DNA of 64,000 nucleotides from contig DF237186.1 in NCBI GenBank assembly GCA_000708835.1, positions 67,656-131,655 of the forward strand, given 5' to 3'. Within the stretch, counting starts at the first letter, position 1. The number at the start of each line of letters is the position of its first letter. The translations under genes and the position numbers were made by a program. The DNA comes from Klebsormidium nitens (taxonomy: Eukaryota > Plantae > Klebsormidiophyceae). This document shows, in pieces, positions 24,401-38,400 of this stretch. The notes beneath the pieces were generated by a model that did not search any database, was not told the origin of the DNA, and saw only the letters and a program-made list of their open reading frames with translations.

Positions 24401-27400
24401 GGGCTTCCATTTTACAGATTACCAGACGCCGTGAACCAACGTGCATCTACGCCCTCGATAACAATTTCGAGCCGAGACTAGACCTTGACTCGTAGAAATT
24501 GTGGCGTCAGTTCTAAACGATGCTACTGGCCCAGCCCCTTTTCAATGTTGTCCAGACAGAGTCCAAGAAATGATAGTGGCTGCTTTGTCAATCAACAGCG
24601 GCTGATAGCTTCAAATAAATGCAGCAACTTTTAATCTTTGAAAGCTCGACTCGGGGTCAATGGGAACAACGCATACCTCCAACCCGATGTTGAAGAGGAG
24701 GAAGACAACGCCGATCTCTGCGAGTGCCTCCGTGGCATGAATGTGCTTCACGAGGCCCAGGCCATGAGGCCCGATGATGACGCCAGCAACCAGGTACCCG
24801 AGCAACGGAGACTCTGCACTCGATTGATAGATGGAACATAGTCAGAAAACCACAGGAACCAAGAGTCGAGGTGTAGTACTGAGGGGAGGCTCAATTCCAT
24901 TAGGGCTTTGCCTGTCGTGTTCTTCATAGAGGCCCTCGTCCGAGAGAAAAAGCAAGTAGAGATGTGGCGCGACGTTGTCGAACAGCTCGTCGCAAGCAAC
25001 CAGATTTACGGGCCAGGACTTTCTTAGGATGGAGACTTGTTCCTGTGACGGGTACAAGTGATGCCGGAGGCAGACCTTAGGCGCCAGATCTCATTTAAAA
25101 AGGTAACTCGAGGAGCATGGAACTCCACCCAGTAGTTGCTTGATCACTGATGCCACTGCGCAGCATCACAAAGAACGCGAGGATTCCGCGTGGATCGCTG
25201 CTGCTACCACTAGGCAATATCTAGGGCGCCCTGCTAACAGAAACATACCCCAGCCGATCAGATCAACACACCCCTCCGACCAAACGCTGCTCCAATCGGC
25301 TTTCAAAAGGCGTCCCACAATCACTGAGTCCCAATGAGAGAAGCTGCTACACTTCAGAGCGTCTGACAGTCCAACTACTGGAATCGCCCCGGAAACAAAC
25401 TTTGTGCACTCACTCCCGGGCAGCTTCTGGAAGAGCAGCACGGCGATCAACCCGAACAGCAGCAGCACAAGCGCGTCCTTGAGCGTCTTCTCTTCCGCGT
25501 GCTCCTTATCCAGGCCCAGAGTCGCCATGACCTGGCGCCCCTGTTCCGGTAGCTTCTCGACCACTCGCGTCGTGACGTCGTACACCCGGTTGGCCTGGAC
25601 GGCGACGACACGTGGCGGCTCCGGGAGGAGGACACGTGTCCGTGGGTGGATGCAGAGGGTCCTGAAGAGGATAGGTGCATTAAGAACAGGAAGCGTATGA
25701 CAGGATCTGGGGACTCATTCACGGGATACGCGCAACTCCGAGTATTTTGAAAACCAAAGCATTTGAGCCTCGTCCGAACGCACGCACCTTGCCTGAATAG
25801 GATCCAAAGATGATCATAGATTACCAAAGCTCTACTGGCACGTACTTCAACACTGTCCCAAACCCTCTTTATAATCCTCACCAGGACAAAAGACGGCTTT
25901 CGAAAAAGTCAACCTTCCAATGGAGCTCCTTACCCTGCGACTGCTAGGGCCAATGCCACACACACCCCAGGTACGTTACGCCGCACCATGGCGGTCAGTC
26001 GGAACAGGACCTTCTCTGCCACAGAGGTTGGCTTCTTCGGCTTGGTAGCGGTGTCAGGGTCAGCTTCGACCACCTTCGGCGCCGGCGGAGCAACTGCGGC
26101 GGCCTTCACTTTGTCTGTAACCGGCTGGTCCTTCAATATTTGCACCTGTGCCAAAAGAAGTGGTGCGTGTGAGGCGCTTCTTGTTGCAAGATTGTGAGAC
26201 GTAACATTGCAGTTTCGCCCCAAACCTGATACCTCACTGAAGGTTCTGACACACCGACATAGTTGCTTCAAACTTTTATCACCTGATTGAAATCTGTACT
26301 AGCTCCTCACTGCAATTTTGCAGCGGATTCGGCGAATCGCTAACGCCGAAGATGCCCAAAACGACAGGCTTGAGGGGACTACTCTCGGACGGCTCAGACA
26401 TTCACCAGGACATGGACAGCTGATAAACATTCATGTCTTCGTTCCCTACAAACACAAGATCTGTTCGCAGCATTCCGCAGCGAGCTCCTTGCTCACCTCC
26501 TGTTCGACCACCGCAACCGCCTTAGCCTCAATCGCCTTAGCTGCTGTCTCCGCCACAGCTAAAACGTTCGGGCTCTCGACAATCGCCTCCTGGATCGCCT
26601 TCACCGCTTTTGCGGCTTCTTCCTCATCCTCGGGCCGGATCTGAATCTCCACCACTTCCCCGTCTCCCTTGACTTTCTTCGCAGACTTGTAGAGCGCAAT
26701 TCTTTCTGTGGCTTGCTCGACGAGTTTCTCGACGTCCAGGAAGGCAGCCTTCGCCGCGCTGACGCTGCTCTGTGCATCCATCTCGCGCTCGACCGCGGCC
26801 CCGGCAAGGTCCATGGCTTGCTTCGTTTCTGCGCATCAGGAAAGAGTCTGATCTGATCTTCCTCCTACAAAAGGTGGTGTAATCAGTGGAAACTGGTATC
26901 TGCCAGCAGGATCATTTGTAGCTTAGGCACTGAACGTCGTCACTAAGGCTATTCCACATCCTCTGATCTGCAACTTTACCCCCGAGCATTACTAAGTTGC
27001 TTCACTCCGTCATTTCCTGGCTGTACTGTCACTCCGGCTGACGCTAGTTCATTGGAGTGAATGTACCTTAACACATGACCAGATTATCATCTCACTCCAA
27101 AGTCTGCGGCTTTCCTGAGACGTTATCCACAATGAACCTTCCAATTGCAGATGAACCACCAAGAGCACAGCCAAAAGTCGCACCTGCATCAGCTTCGGCG
27201 GCGATTCTCTTTGCCTCGTCCACCTCGGTCCTCAGCTGGGCCACCTGCTTCGCCAGCTCCTCCCGCCTCTTTGAAGCATCACCCAGTCTTTCCTGCGCAG
27301 CGCTCAGTTGCGCCCTCCGCCCCTCCACCTTCATCCTCTCTGTCTCCAGCTCTTGCTGCAGTGCGGCCATGGTGGCGTCCACTGGTTCTGGCTCTGGCTC

Positions 27401-28831
27401 TGGCTCTGGTTCCTCCTTCTCAGACTCGGACTCGGACTCATCGTCTGCATGAGGCTCCAACGGCCTCGTTTCTACGCTTTCTAAGCTGTCACCCGCAATG
27501 TCGTGACTGTCGAGATCCGCCACTGCCTCAACCGGCTCTGCAATGGGGACCACTAAACCCTCTCCCAGGTCCAGCTTGCCGTCCTCCAATGTTGCCCCCT
27601 CTAGTTCTTCGACTGCTGTGGCTGGGACAAACGCTTCCGACACTTCTGCAGCAAGCCGGATAGGCTCTGCGTCTGCTGCATCAGAGAGTCTGCGCGATTC
27701 CAGCAAGCTCTGGATGCTCTCCTCTTTCTTGGCCAGCGCAGACTCGGACAGCTCGAGGGCGTTTTCCGCTTCGCCGACCTCGCGGGCCGCCATAGTCACC
27801 TCCTTTTCGACCTCGTCCAGCTGCAAACCAATAGATGCAAAGCTCGGACAGTTGCTATAAACATGTATTCAAACCCTTTCTTAATAACTTCAGTGATGAT
27901 CAACTCTCCCAAACATTTTCAACTTCTTATGATGAAACATTAAAGCAGTGGCCCCCAGTTTACAGACTGAGCTCCATCATTCAAACATCGACAAGTTGTG
28001 CGACATCAAGCCTCGAAGCGATTGACGGAGCCAGAAGATCTCAATTGCCAGCACTGAAAGTGTTCACATCATGCGGACACAGAAGGAGAGATGCAGAAAA
28101 CAGAAGTTTCAGGTCGCAGATTAGATAGTGGCGCAAGAGAGCTAAGCAGACAGCTCCCGCAACCGACCGCATTTCACTGAAAACAATTGAGCAAGCGTGT
28201 CTTCTTTTACCTTGGCAGCTGTTGCATCGCACTCATCCTGCTTGCTTGCAGCTTCCTCATTCAAAAGGACCGCTCTCTCTGCAACCGCTTGCGCCGCTTC
28301 TTCTAACTTGCTCCTGTGCTCCCTGGCCTCTTCCTCCTCTTTAATTGCATCTTCCCACTCCACCCTTGCATTCTCCAGAGCCGAGAAAGGAGGTTCCCCC
28401 TTCCCGTCAGGATGCTCAATCGTATCATCGGCACCATTATCTGCGCTACCACTCGTTCCATTAGAAGCGCTGCTCACAGCCTGTGCCTTGGTTTGCTCAG
28501 GAGCACTGGAACCCTCCTTTTCTTGCGTTGGGGCATCAGTTTCGACAATTTCCGCCCTACACAGTCCAGATCTGTGGCTCCTCCTGGTGGATAAGGTGCG
28601 TGAGAACACATCAATTTTGAGAAGGGATGGGGCAGACAAGGGGCTGAAAGTACGACCTTGGCATAGTCTCTTCGAAGGTGGGATGAGAAAGTGCAACCGC
28701 GCAGAAGTGCAGCCACTGGCGATGGGTGGTTCACTTGCTGGTATACTCCTCTTTGGACAGCGAGTGTTTGCAAAGTGGCAATTGGATAGAAGGCCGGGCG
28801 CTGAACCCAGTTGTAGCACATGAGAAGCCAT
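15447..28831 (-). CDS. KEA2: Plastid envelope K+/H+ efflux antiporter, KEA1/KEA2 type (long coiled-coil N-terminus, CPA2 domain, TrkA-N/KTN domain)
   Basis: 20 exons: 28211-28831, 27184-27820, 26497-26828, 25934-26145, 25414-25661, 24677-24813, 24078-24137, 23563-23751, 22985-23050, 22303-22392, 21664-21768, 21040-21168, 20327-20536, 19303-19461, 18708-18761, 18144-18202, 17519-17659, 16532-16691, 15910-15990, 15447-15578 (3822 nt, in frame). Motifs: [103 protein letters not shown]. The N-terminus looks like a transit peptide. KEA1 and KEA2 cannot be distinguished from this. Confidence 0.95.
16650..17235 (-). repeat. Array of five copies (one functional) of the KEA exon-18 acceptor junction
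   Basis: The + strand core gtccatcttgtggatctcgtacacggttctgcag (16664-16697) recurs with increasing divergence at ~16806-16838, ~16933-16966, ~17076-17105 and ~17192-17228. Spacing is about 115-145 bp. Confidence 0.88.
19400..19760 (-). repeat. Two intronic copies of the KEA exon-14 acceptor and exon start
   Basis: Functional ccgcag|ggcatcatcaccaaggacctgtcgtccatgctgttcttgatcgtgggcctctcc (acceptor 19462-19464) recurs at acceptor 19626-19628 (ggcatcattaccaaaggatccgtcgtccatgctgttcttgattgtgggcctctcc, +1 nt) and at ~19750 (ttcag|ggcatcacaaccaaggaaaggacctgtc). Confidence 0.9.
22585..22643. repeat. Tandem pair of a 29-30 bp hairpin-forming unit in a KEA intron
   Basis: tttggcagttccttgccaa(a)ggaagccaaa occurs twice. 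Each unit has the inverted pairs tttggc/gccaaa and ttcctt/aaggaa. Confidence 0.8.
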
Positions 28832-30877
28832 ACCGACCTAGCAGGATCAGTAACAGCAAACTTCACATCATCAGCTGCTGCGGCTCTTCATGGACAATCT
28901 TAACATCTCAGAACTCCCCAACCTCGTGTAGGGTATTCAAGGAGCTTGCAGAAGGGGTCAACAGCCAACATGGGTTGCAAGCTGCCCATGGAAGTGACGC
29001 AGCGATGCGATCTAGCCGCCTTTCTAAGTTTTCCACCTGGTTCTCACCCTGCATTCAAGTTCCTGGTTTGGGAACAGCGTCGGTAGTCCTGACTCAAACT
29101 TAGAGGCCGGAGAACGGAGAGGCTAAAAAGTGGGAATAGGCAGATAAGGGAAAATATAGAGGCAGACTTGGGAAAAAAGAGAATTTCCTTTAGAGGGGGA
29201 AGAAAAAGGCATAGAAAGAAGAGGGGGGATACGGAAAGGAGGGGGGATCGCCGTGGTCACATGAGGAGTCTGTACTCTTGAACAGATAATGAAAACGCGT
29301 CGCGTACTCCCATGAATGCGTACTTTCTGCAGTCTGAGTTTGCTTATCTTGAAGAGGGAGAAGGGAGAGCCGTGGATGTCCATCGCACGGCTCAAATTCA
29401 TCGAGTCCCACGCATTCTTTTTTTTAAGATTTTTTACTCTCTTTCGTGGATGCGTGAAGCTTTTTGCCAAACCGGATAGGGTGCTTGGACTTCAGCGGAA
29501 CCTTAGCGGAACACCGGAAATCGAAAGGTCCACGGTGCGAGCCCGAGCTTGGAAGGGTCATCTTTTCGAAGAAAGTGATGAGTACGGTGCGAGTTGTACG
29601 CTTCGACCCTAAAACCCTAAATCCCTGTAAAACTGGCCCCTGTGACCCTACGACCTGAAGCCTGAGAAGGAGCAAATCACTCTATGCTGTTATCTTTGCC
29701 CAGTCTGTAAAAGCGACCAGACTGGTTTCCGCTCCTCCTAGGGCGTAACGCCAGTCGAGAACCTCCAGTATGTTGTATGTATATGACAGATAATGTAAGC
29801 GTTACCTCCGGGAGGGGGACTTTCCCTCACTATGTAAATGTATACACCTATACGTCGATGTTTCATGTACACTGTACGGTGCACTGAACACTGAAAACCG
29901 AACGCAGATTCTGCAGGAAAACGGAAGGTTATGCACCGTCGATAGAGGAGTGAGGTGCTAGCATTGACGGCAGAAACCCGTCCGTTTAGAAGGACGAAGT
30001 CTAACTCTTTCCTGACCGTCGATCTTGTGGATCTCATGGTGACAACGCTTCCAAAGAAGGATGCGCAATTAGGTACTGACTTCTGAGTCCTGGCTGAGAC
30101 ATGAGTACCTGCATAGTACATATCTTAGGCCTCTAGATAGTATAGGCATGTGTGCGATTCTAAGATTCGGCCGCCTTGCTTCGATGTAGGATTCCTACAT
30201 GGGATGTTGCTGTGGCCAACAACCTGACAACTTGCTGACAATCTCATCTACAAGTGGTGCTTCGGCCCGGTCGTTTAATGTCACTTATGATTCGTTGTTA
30301 GGTAGATAGGGCTGAAGTATGTCGCAATTGCAACAAAGTGTTTGTATTAGAATCGACCATGATATGCGACATATTCAACATATGGATGCAGCATGCACCT
30401 TCGCTATGGCATGCACTGGCCAACTCCATTTTACAAAGAGGTCATGAGTCTTGTCACACATGATGATACAGACTGTGCTCATTTGTCATCTTGGCATGCG
30501 ACAGATAAACGATCACCCACCGAAGGAAAGGATTGGTCATAAGATCTGAACGAGATTAGCATGGGCTTCAAACAAGCCCTCATAACGGTGAACATGGAAA
30601 GACCCCGGGCCCTGAATCTTTTGACTTCAAACATAACAACGCGACAGTCCATACAATCCTTTCAAATTGCATACATCCTATTAATAATGCGACTAAACTT
30701 CATTTGTGAATTTTGACTCAAAAGTATAATCGCCTTAGCAACGCCAGAAAGCTTTGTTCTAACTTTACACAAGTGTACACTAACGCCCTTTCTATTGCAA
30801 TCCGCAAGAGCCAAAGAATAACAAGCGCTTATAAGTTGGCTCATCTAAAGCATGTACCGGAAACACCAGAATGCGAC

Positions 30878-33800
30878 TCATCCCCCTACACTCTTTGCTG
30901 GCTCCTTACTTTCCGTCCGCATATCCCTCTGTATTGTTTGGGACACCCCCAATCCCAAACCAAGCCCAAGAGGAACACCGTCGGCAAAACTCGAAGCCCT
31001 TGTAACCCCCCTCCCGCCTTGCTCGTAAAGAGGACTCTGCTGTTGCTGCTGCACGGTATCCCTGTACCCAGGGCTATCCAGGAAAGGCGCGCCTGTCGCC
31101 ACCAAGTTGCCTTGCTCGCCAGGGGTTACTGAAGCATCCGATGGGGTTGGAGGGGCGCTCTGTGACTCTGGCTCTATCATCCGGGGCTGTGCTGGCTCTT
31201 CGGGCTGCTGGCCGCGAGCTGACGAGTCCGCAAGGGCCAAGATGTGTTGCTGCGTTTCGACAAGACGACTTTCAGGATCCGAGGGTCCCCCAAGGGCAAC
31301 AAAAAGATGTCATGACAGGCCCCTGATGTGAACAGAAGCTGCGGATGGTCCACTTTGAGAAACCTGCAGCTTGCAAAAGTTTCGCTGGCGCACAGGTGAC
31401 CGCGCCCACACGGGCCACACGGCTGCAAATGGCATGCGCTTTCCCCTAAATTCACAAATGCGATAAGTTTTCGGTCTGATTGGTGCACAGGAAGACAAGG
31501 CACGTACATAAGCACGTGACACTGCTGACAGGACATTCCGGCAGAAGAACGGCATGTTTTCTTGGGTTCTGATAGCGTATGGGGAAGGCAAACTGCAACC
31601 CCCGCGATGCTTCAGAGAAGAATCTAAATCTTTCTAATGCTGATGCGGTGCACTACAAGTGACTTCGTCATCCACTTATAGTGGAGGCGACAAGCAACGA
31701 CATGAAAAACGGTAGCTCACCTGTTCTGCGAAAACTGGGCTCGCCAGGTTGATTGCGAGGTTCCTCATCAGCAGGATGATGGTCTCGCGGTCGATTGGAG
31801 GCATGCACTTCAGCTTCTGCAGATTCCCCGCAACCCCAATCTCAAACACATCTCCCAAGAACCGATACACCTTAGCGAAGTCGGGGTTGGCTGCACAAAA
31901 TAAGGGGAACACGCTGGTTTGGAAGAAGCCGTAACCAGAAGGAAATGCACACTTCTTGCCCAAGTCAAGCCTCCACTTGATGGAAACTGCACACTGCACT
32001 GAAAGAAATAGTGACCACAGTTTAGGACCCCGGATCCTGCTCATTGCCGCCAAAAGATTCTTCAAAGAGTTCCTTGTAAAGGTGGCATAGCAGCCTTGTG
32101 AGTATTTCCTCAAACGTGATTTCCCCAACACTTCGTTTCTTCCCCTCTCGTTCGAAATCGGTGGTGCAGTCCACAGCCACATGTAACGACCACAACTGAA
32201 ACCGACCATTCTACGACCAACGGTATCCAAACCAGACCTGAACTTTATAACGCAATCATATGCAGATATACCACAATCCTCCTTCCACTCCTTCAGTCTC
32301 CAATCATGTGTCTCAGTCACTAAAGGACGCAGCTACCTTTTGAAGGAGTGTCAGGTCCCCAAGCTGGAGCCCCCAACGTGCCAGTCTCCTCCTGAGGCGA
32401 CTGTGGGGGCACCGCAGGATGGGCTCCCCCAGGAGTGTAAGCACCTTCCCTGGGTGAATAAACCTTGCTGGAAGCAACTGCTGCTTGTTGCGCCGCGTGG
32501 GCAGCAGCGACTACTGCGAAGTCAAAATCGAAAACCTTGTCTAATCAGTATAAGCACAGGTGAGGGAACACTGGTGCGACAGTCTTAATTGGAAGAAAAA
32601 CGTCAATCGGAAGACACTCTGCAGACTTTCTGACTTGCAGCAGACCATATCAGCGGCCTTAACGTCTGGGAAAAGCGTAGAGGTAAGTTGTGGACGCTTT
32701 CATTAACAGAGTACGGTACTAAAAATGAAAACATCGTTGGACATCCGACGCCGATTCACCATCCACTCAGGTTGGCTGGACAAAACAAAAGGAGTGCTGT
32801 CTGTAAGCTGCCTAATAAAGCCAGCAATTGAAACGCTTTCTAAGCAGCCCTCCGAAGGGGAATGTCAACTTGCCTTTGGAAGCTTTTTGAGGATAAGGTT
32901 GTGAGGATTTGCGCTTGGGCCTTGGGGGCGGCACGTGTGCATCCTGACCAAGTTTCTGGACCTTCAGAAAATACTTCTGCGCGTGACTCCGGATCTGCAA
33001 GGGTTCCACCTCGAGAGTTGAGCTTTGAAACAAGCGCGAGAAAAGTGTCTAGCAAGATAGTGGGGCGAAACTCGGGGTTACACTCTCGACACAAATGGAG
33101 AGGGATCAACAACATCGGCATCACTTATAATCTGCACTATTTGCTAACTAGAAGCGCCAACAAACCTCTTCACATCGACGAGTTTCAGAAGAATAGACAC
33201 CTGAATCAAAGCCAACAACCTGTATTGATGTTGCATATTCTCGGAAAATTGAAAACTCAAAAGCAGCTCATCTCATCATTCCTCACCTGTATGACAGTTT
33301 TTGTTCCCACGTACTCTTCAATCTTTCTCCAGTCCCTATCAAAACTGCACACAAGAAAGTCCATTAGGTTCAGGCTTTCAGGCCCCTCTCACAAATGCAA
33401 ACCACTGTGGAGAACCGCAAACCAACATTTTCCACAAGAGATTTCAGTTGCCGAATGCTCAGATGGATTGCGCTTCACTAATTGAGCTTCTAAACTCTGA
33501 ATGTGGACAGAACGACGGGGAACCTGGTAGAGGGAGCTATTTGCGATTAGCAAATGGAATGAGCACTTTTGACAACAGCGACAAGGGCAGGTGGACAAGG
33601 AGATATTCCAGGCAAGCCAGCTCTGAAGCTTCGATGAGAAACCGACACGACCAGGTAAAGAGACAAGACAATACACCATCCAAATTTATAGACAGATTAT
33701 GCAACTTTCCGCTCCATTCAACCACCCCACACTCAGCTGCATGCACAATGGCGCATCTTAAGCTGGGCGGACAGAAGAACTTCAGAAAGGTAAAGTTTCA

Positions 33801-34469
33801 TGCCAGTGTCAGATTTCTTCTGCCCATTTTCAGCTTCTTTGCAAATCAACAGAGCCTCTCTTGCACACAAGCAATGTTGAAGGGCCCGATGTAGACTAGA
33901 ACAAGATTGTCGGACAGCAAGGAGTTCAGAGATCAGCAACTGAATGAAGCGCGGGCAGCCCGAAGATAGAGCATATTGATGCATGGCAAAAAGCCATAAA
34001 TAACCTGTGGAGAAGCTGCACACCAACCCACACCTAGCACAAGAATTCAAGTTCACAGATCTGCAAGCCCATTCCAAATGACAGAATGTGTCCAAAAACA
34101 ATTAGCTTTTAGGTATCAGAGAAGGAACTGCAGCACACAACCAGCAAACAAAACGCATCTGCAAAAGAGGGATACAGACGAGCTGCATACGAAGACCTGA
34201 GCAATGGGACTTCCAACCCTGCTTGCCCCCAAGCTCTCAACCAAAGCAGTTACTCACAGTTCTAGGGCCTTCAGAAACTTATTGTGCTCCTGCTCGGTCC
34301 AATTCTCCCGCTGCTTGGTAATGGTGTACGGCTTGCGGACTTTGCCATGCATGTCATCACCCTTCCCCGACAGCTCTCCCGATGGCGACAGCACGGGAGT
34401 CAACGGCCCCGCTGCCATATCCCCCGGAGGAGGACCTAGTCCAGGCGAAAAGGCGCCCTGACCAAGCAT
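30878..34469 (-). CDS. RVE8: REVEILLE/LCL (RVE8-like) single-MYB SHAQKYF circadian transcription factor
   Basis: Exons 34258-34469 (start could instead be 34418), 33287-33344, 32874-32994, 32337-32513, 31721-31890 and 30878-31249 total 1110 nt. MYB: [62 protein letters not shown]...[21 protein letters not shown] domain: [14 protein letters not shown]...[25 protein letters not shown]. Confidence 0.93.
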
Positions 34470-35430
34470 TGTCCCGGCGGAAAAAAGATGCGGCCTGCGC
34501 ATTTCCGCAGAGCTTGTCTCGCATTTGCTGCGCCCTCCTTCCTTCAAGACGGTTGTGCGCTCCCCTTCCTCGCCCTGTCACTGTTGATCAGTCAGGGTGA
34601 GTCGAGGCTCTGTTCAGCATGTCATTGTTGGGCGTTCCGTCTTCCTCCGAGTCCCAAGTGACTGTGCGCGCGGAACTGTCCAAATTCAATCTGCGGGACG
34701 CCGGAAACCGGGCGGAAAAATACTGGCCGGAATCTGCATGCATGCGCCCCACACTCAATTGCGTTCCGCCGGAACTCTGAGTCTGGCAGGGCGCTTCGTG
34801 CAGCTTCGTGTGGGGCCACAGCCTAAGGTACTTCTCGGATTCCACTACCCATGCGAGGTGCGTGGCTCTTCTGCGCCAGTGGCAGAGGAGCTGGCAGCCT
34901 GGCACCCTCCTCTTTTCTTCCTCTTTTTCCAATTTTTTAGATAGATCTCAGCACCCAGCAAACGAGGCATTGAGCAGGCTCAGAAACTAGGGCGCGCACA
35001 GGAACGGGTAGCACACCGTTGAGAGGACTAAGTTCAGGTCCCAAGGCCTTACAACCAATTTAAACGGGAAGAATTCATTTGACTGCACCCTCAATTGTCC
35101 TCGTGACAGATTGTGAAGAGGACTTTATCCACTCGGAACATTGGGATCTACTCATGGCGCTTTTGAAGCTAATAGAATGTTGTCTGCTTTCGCTACTTTC
35201 TAGGCATCTTCTGAACTGATGGCAGATGCTCAGGAGGGCACCCTCTGCTCATATAGTGTCACTTTTATCAATTGTTCTGTACAGAAAGCGATTTTGGCGA
35301 TAATCCCAAGTAGTGCACTGGATTGATTGCCCCTGGTTAGAATACTCAGCAAAGACAGGAGTGCTGTACAGTGATCCTTCAAACTGCGTGGAGCTAGCGC
35401 AGAAGTACTTGTCCAAGTCCTTCCACAGGC

Positions 35431-38400
35431 ATGGCAGCTGATCTGACCCGCCTCGCTCAGGAATCCCCAGAGTGGTGCCTGGCAAGTGACGTCAAAGTGA
35501 GTGTCACTTTGCTGGCCCTTGGCTAGCGTTCTCCTAGTTGTAGTTTGAAATGCGTCTGTCTGCGGAGACCTCATGGGGCAATAGCAATATGCGATCTTTT
35601 CAAACTCTGTCATCGCATTGAGTGGTTCTTGGAAAGCAATCGTCTCCTGTTGTGTCTGAACGCCTACTGCTTGGTGTCTTAATTGAAGGTAGTTATCAGA
35701 CTGCACAGTCGTGTTGCAAGGATGCGACCACTTTTGTCCTTCTTTCAGCTTCTCTTTGCTCCGTACACCAGGAATGCAACTGATCCGATCTTGCTGTGAC
35801 CACGTCCAAAAAGCATTTCTTCATGATGGGGGAAGAATTACGGGGGAATCCTTTATTCTGCTACGTACTCTTTAGGGGCTAGAAACTCTCTTCTCTCCTT
35901 CTTTGTGGCAAAACATACAACTGTGGAGACATGTTAAATGTGGACCAATTGCTGTCCTTCTTGTCTGTGCCATACCACCTGAAGGCGGTTATGAGGAGTC
36001 TTTCTTTGTCAGATCAATCTAGTGATATGAGAGAAGCAACTACACAAATGGAGCAGCCAGTGCCTCATACTCTTTTCACCGATAATGTAATAAGCGCGAA
36101 CAACGTCCACCTTTTCCCTGACTTCAATTGCCCGTGTCACCTTTCCTGGGTAGACACTACTTTGTTGATCCCTTTTTGAGTACGTAGTTTCATCGCTTTC
36201 TCCAATGTCTGAAGTACTCTATCACTGAGTTCGTTGTGATTTCAAGTCTCACTCTGTTGCTGCAGCTTTTAGCCTGGCTCAAGGGCTTCTCCCAAGAAGT
36301 AACACAACGCACTGAGTTGCTCACCGGCCGTATCGAAGCACTGTCCCATGACGCCTCAGTGGCGCAAGCAGACCTCCGCAATGTGTTCACGAGCCTCCAC
36401 CAACTGTCCAACACGCAATTTATCGAGCAGGTAAATGTGTGGAACACCTACAACATCTCTGCAGTTCCCTTCAAGTCTTGCATCGCTTGAGTCTTTTCTC
36501 AAGCTGTTCAGTGCACCCTATGATCCATCTAGCTCAGTTCTCTCCGTTCAATTTCGCATCGGTTACTTGTTCGGAGGTGCCATCTCCTTTCCTGTTTTCC
36601 CTGCACATTCCGTTCAAGCAGGCGGGATGTTCTTGGAGGCGCTTTTATTATTTCCCTTGTTGGCCTCTATCCATTGGTGTACACTTTGCCCTCCCATCCT
36701 CTTAACTCCGATTCAGACCTTCCTTCAAGAGCATTCCCGTCGGGCCAGTAACTCAAAACTCCGCTTCTTGTATATAGGGACGGCAATACTTCGATCCACC
36801 CTGAGGACCGTCAATCGCTCCACATACAAAGCTTTTGGTTGGTGTGGTTCCGAACAGAACCCCTCTCTGGAGGGGAAGAGCGAGGCCGGGGAGGAAGAAA
36901 AGAAAGAAACAAGAAGATGGCTCCATTACGTCCCTCTCAACAAAGCTTTCCTGCTCCTGCAGCGCGTTCAGGACGAAGACGAGATCTCCGCCCCCTCGTC
37001 ACCCCCTCCTCAGCGTGCATCCCGCCCCCCGATTGCGCCAGGCCCCGAGAGCTTCGAGCAGAACGTCGTACCCAAGTACCGCGAAGCAGTGGAGATCGCA
37101 TGGCGGGTTCTGAAGAGTGCCGATTGCCCTTCCACAAGTCAGCCCTTAGAGACGAACTCAACGAGAGATGAGGGGTTGAGATCCGGTCCCTCGTCCACCT
37201 CCCAAACGAGAGAAGCGGGATTGGAAAGAATTCGGAGAAGGGAATGGCTAGATCGCCCGCTGCCTCTCATTCTAGGAACAGACGCTTTCCTAGCGGACGA
37301 GTTCTGTGGCCTTCCACCCCCCGACACGGAGGAATACCGCCCCCCCCTCACGGAATCGTACGAGCGGGAGCGCAGGGAAGGCCACTTTGCAGGTCCCCGG
37401 GAGGACCAGGTGCCGAGCGTTCCCGAGAAGGGGGGTGAGAAGGGTTTGGATTCGCAGTCGGAGGGAGGTGACGTCGAAGACGGCTGGACGCAGATCAGTA
37501 GTCGGAAGGACTACTCGGAAGTGGAACCAGCGGTCTCTGCTGCGCTCAACTTCCGGGCGATGCTGGAAGAGGCCTTGCGGGGGCCGTCCGGAATATGTAA
37601 GCCGGCCGACTCTGCCCTGTGATTCTGAAGGCTGTTGCGTACAGGGCCTTTCGTATGAGTGTCCTTTTCGAGCAAGTCCGGCTCGAAGAAATTTGTGGTA
37701 CAACTGGTTTTGACACCCGGAAGTGTAGTACTTGTCGATCATCATTCCAGCAAGTTTGAGGAAGCCGTTAAGGTGTGGGCATTCCCGCCCGACATTATCG
37801 ACTTACAGAAGCAGGAAGACGTGTCCGAAAGATTCTGCTTCGAACCGTCTCCGAAAGTTTTTAGGAGGCGTTGTCGTGAGTTGTGTTCGAGGAGACTTCG
37901 TCATGCTCCGCCTGCAAGTCGTAGCTGATGAAGTGGGTGAACTCTCGCCCGTCTTAGGACAGGCCCGGCGCAGGCCCCGAAGCGTGGTTTTTTATTGGGA
38001 GAGGAACGCCGTTTCGCGGATGCTCTTTGAAATACAAGGTCGAGCCAGGGTTTCCACAGGTTGGCGCTTTGCGATAATGGATTTTTGCACTACTGCCCTG
38101 TGCTGCCGAAGCTTGCCAAGCCCTGGGCCTTCATCGAACTCCGGTCTCCGGGTCTCCTGCCTTTCTAGATTGGCCAAGCGCGTACTGTAAGGAAGTAAGA
38201 AGTCGAAATATTAGCCAGAGTTGGACTTAGCCTATGCTTCGGGTCGACTAAGGGCGGCAGCTAGTGTTTGAAGCCCTTTGTGCTTCGCCTCCGCACAAAA
38301 GCCGGTCATGCTGAAAGGAGGAGGGAAAGAGCATTTACCCACACTTTCCTTTGCTTTTCGTCGGCAGACGAAGATGTCTCCAGCCCCTCAACGCGACGGC

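Noticed and set aside
29607-29626. ccctaaaaccctaaatccct telomere-like/telo-box motif upstream of KEA
   Set aside because: Only about two units, too short to call an interstitial telomere or a functional element.
31676-32320. 214-aa ORF in the RVE gene and the 395-aa ORF 36435-37622 taken as whole exons
   Set aside because: Only parts (31721-31890; 36963-37596) are flanked by splice sites and carry family motifs. The rest is open intron.
37750-37830. Possible extra WASHC2 exon (KFEEAVKVWAFPPDIIDLQKQED)
   Set aside because: The phase of the nearby acceptor does not fit the flanking exons, and the model closes in frame without it.
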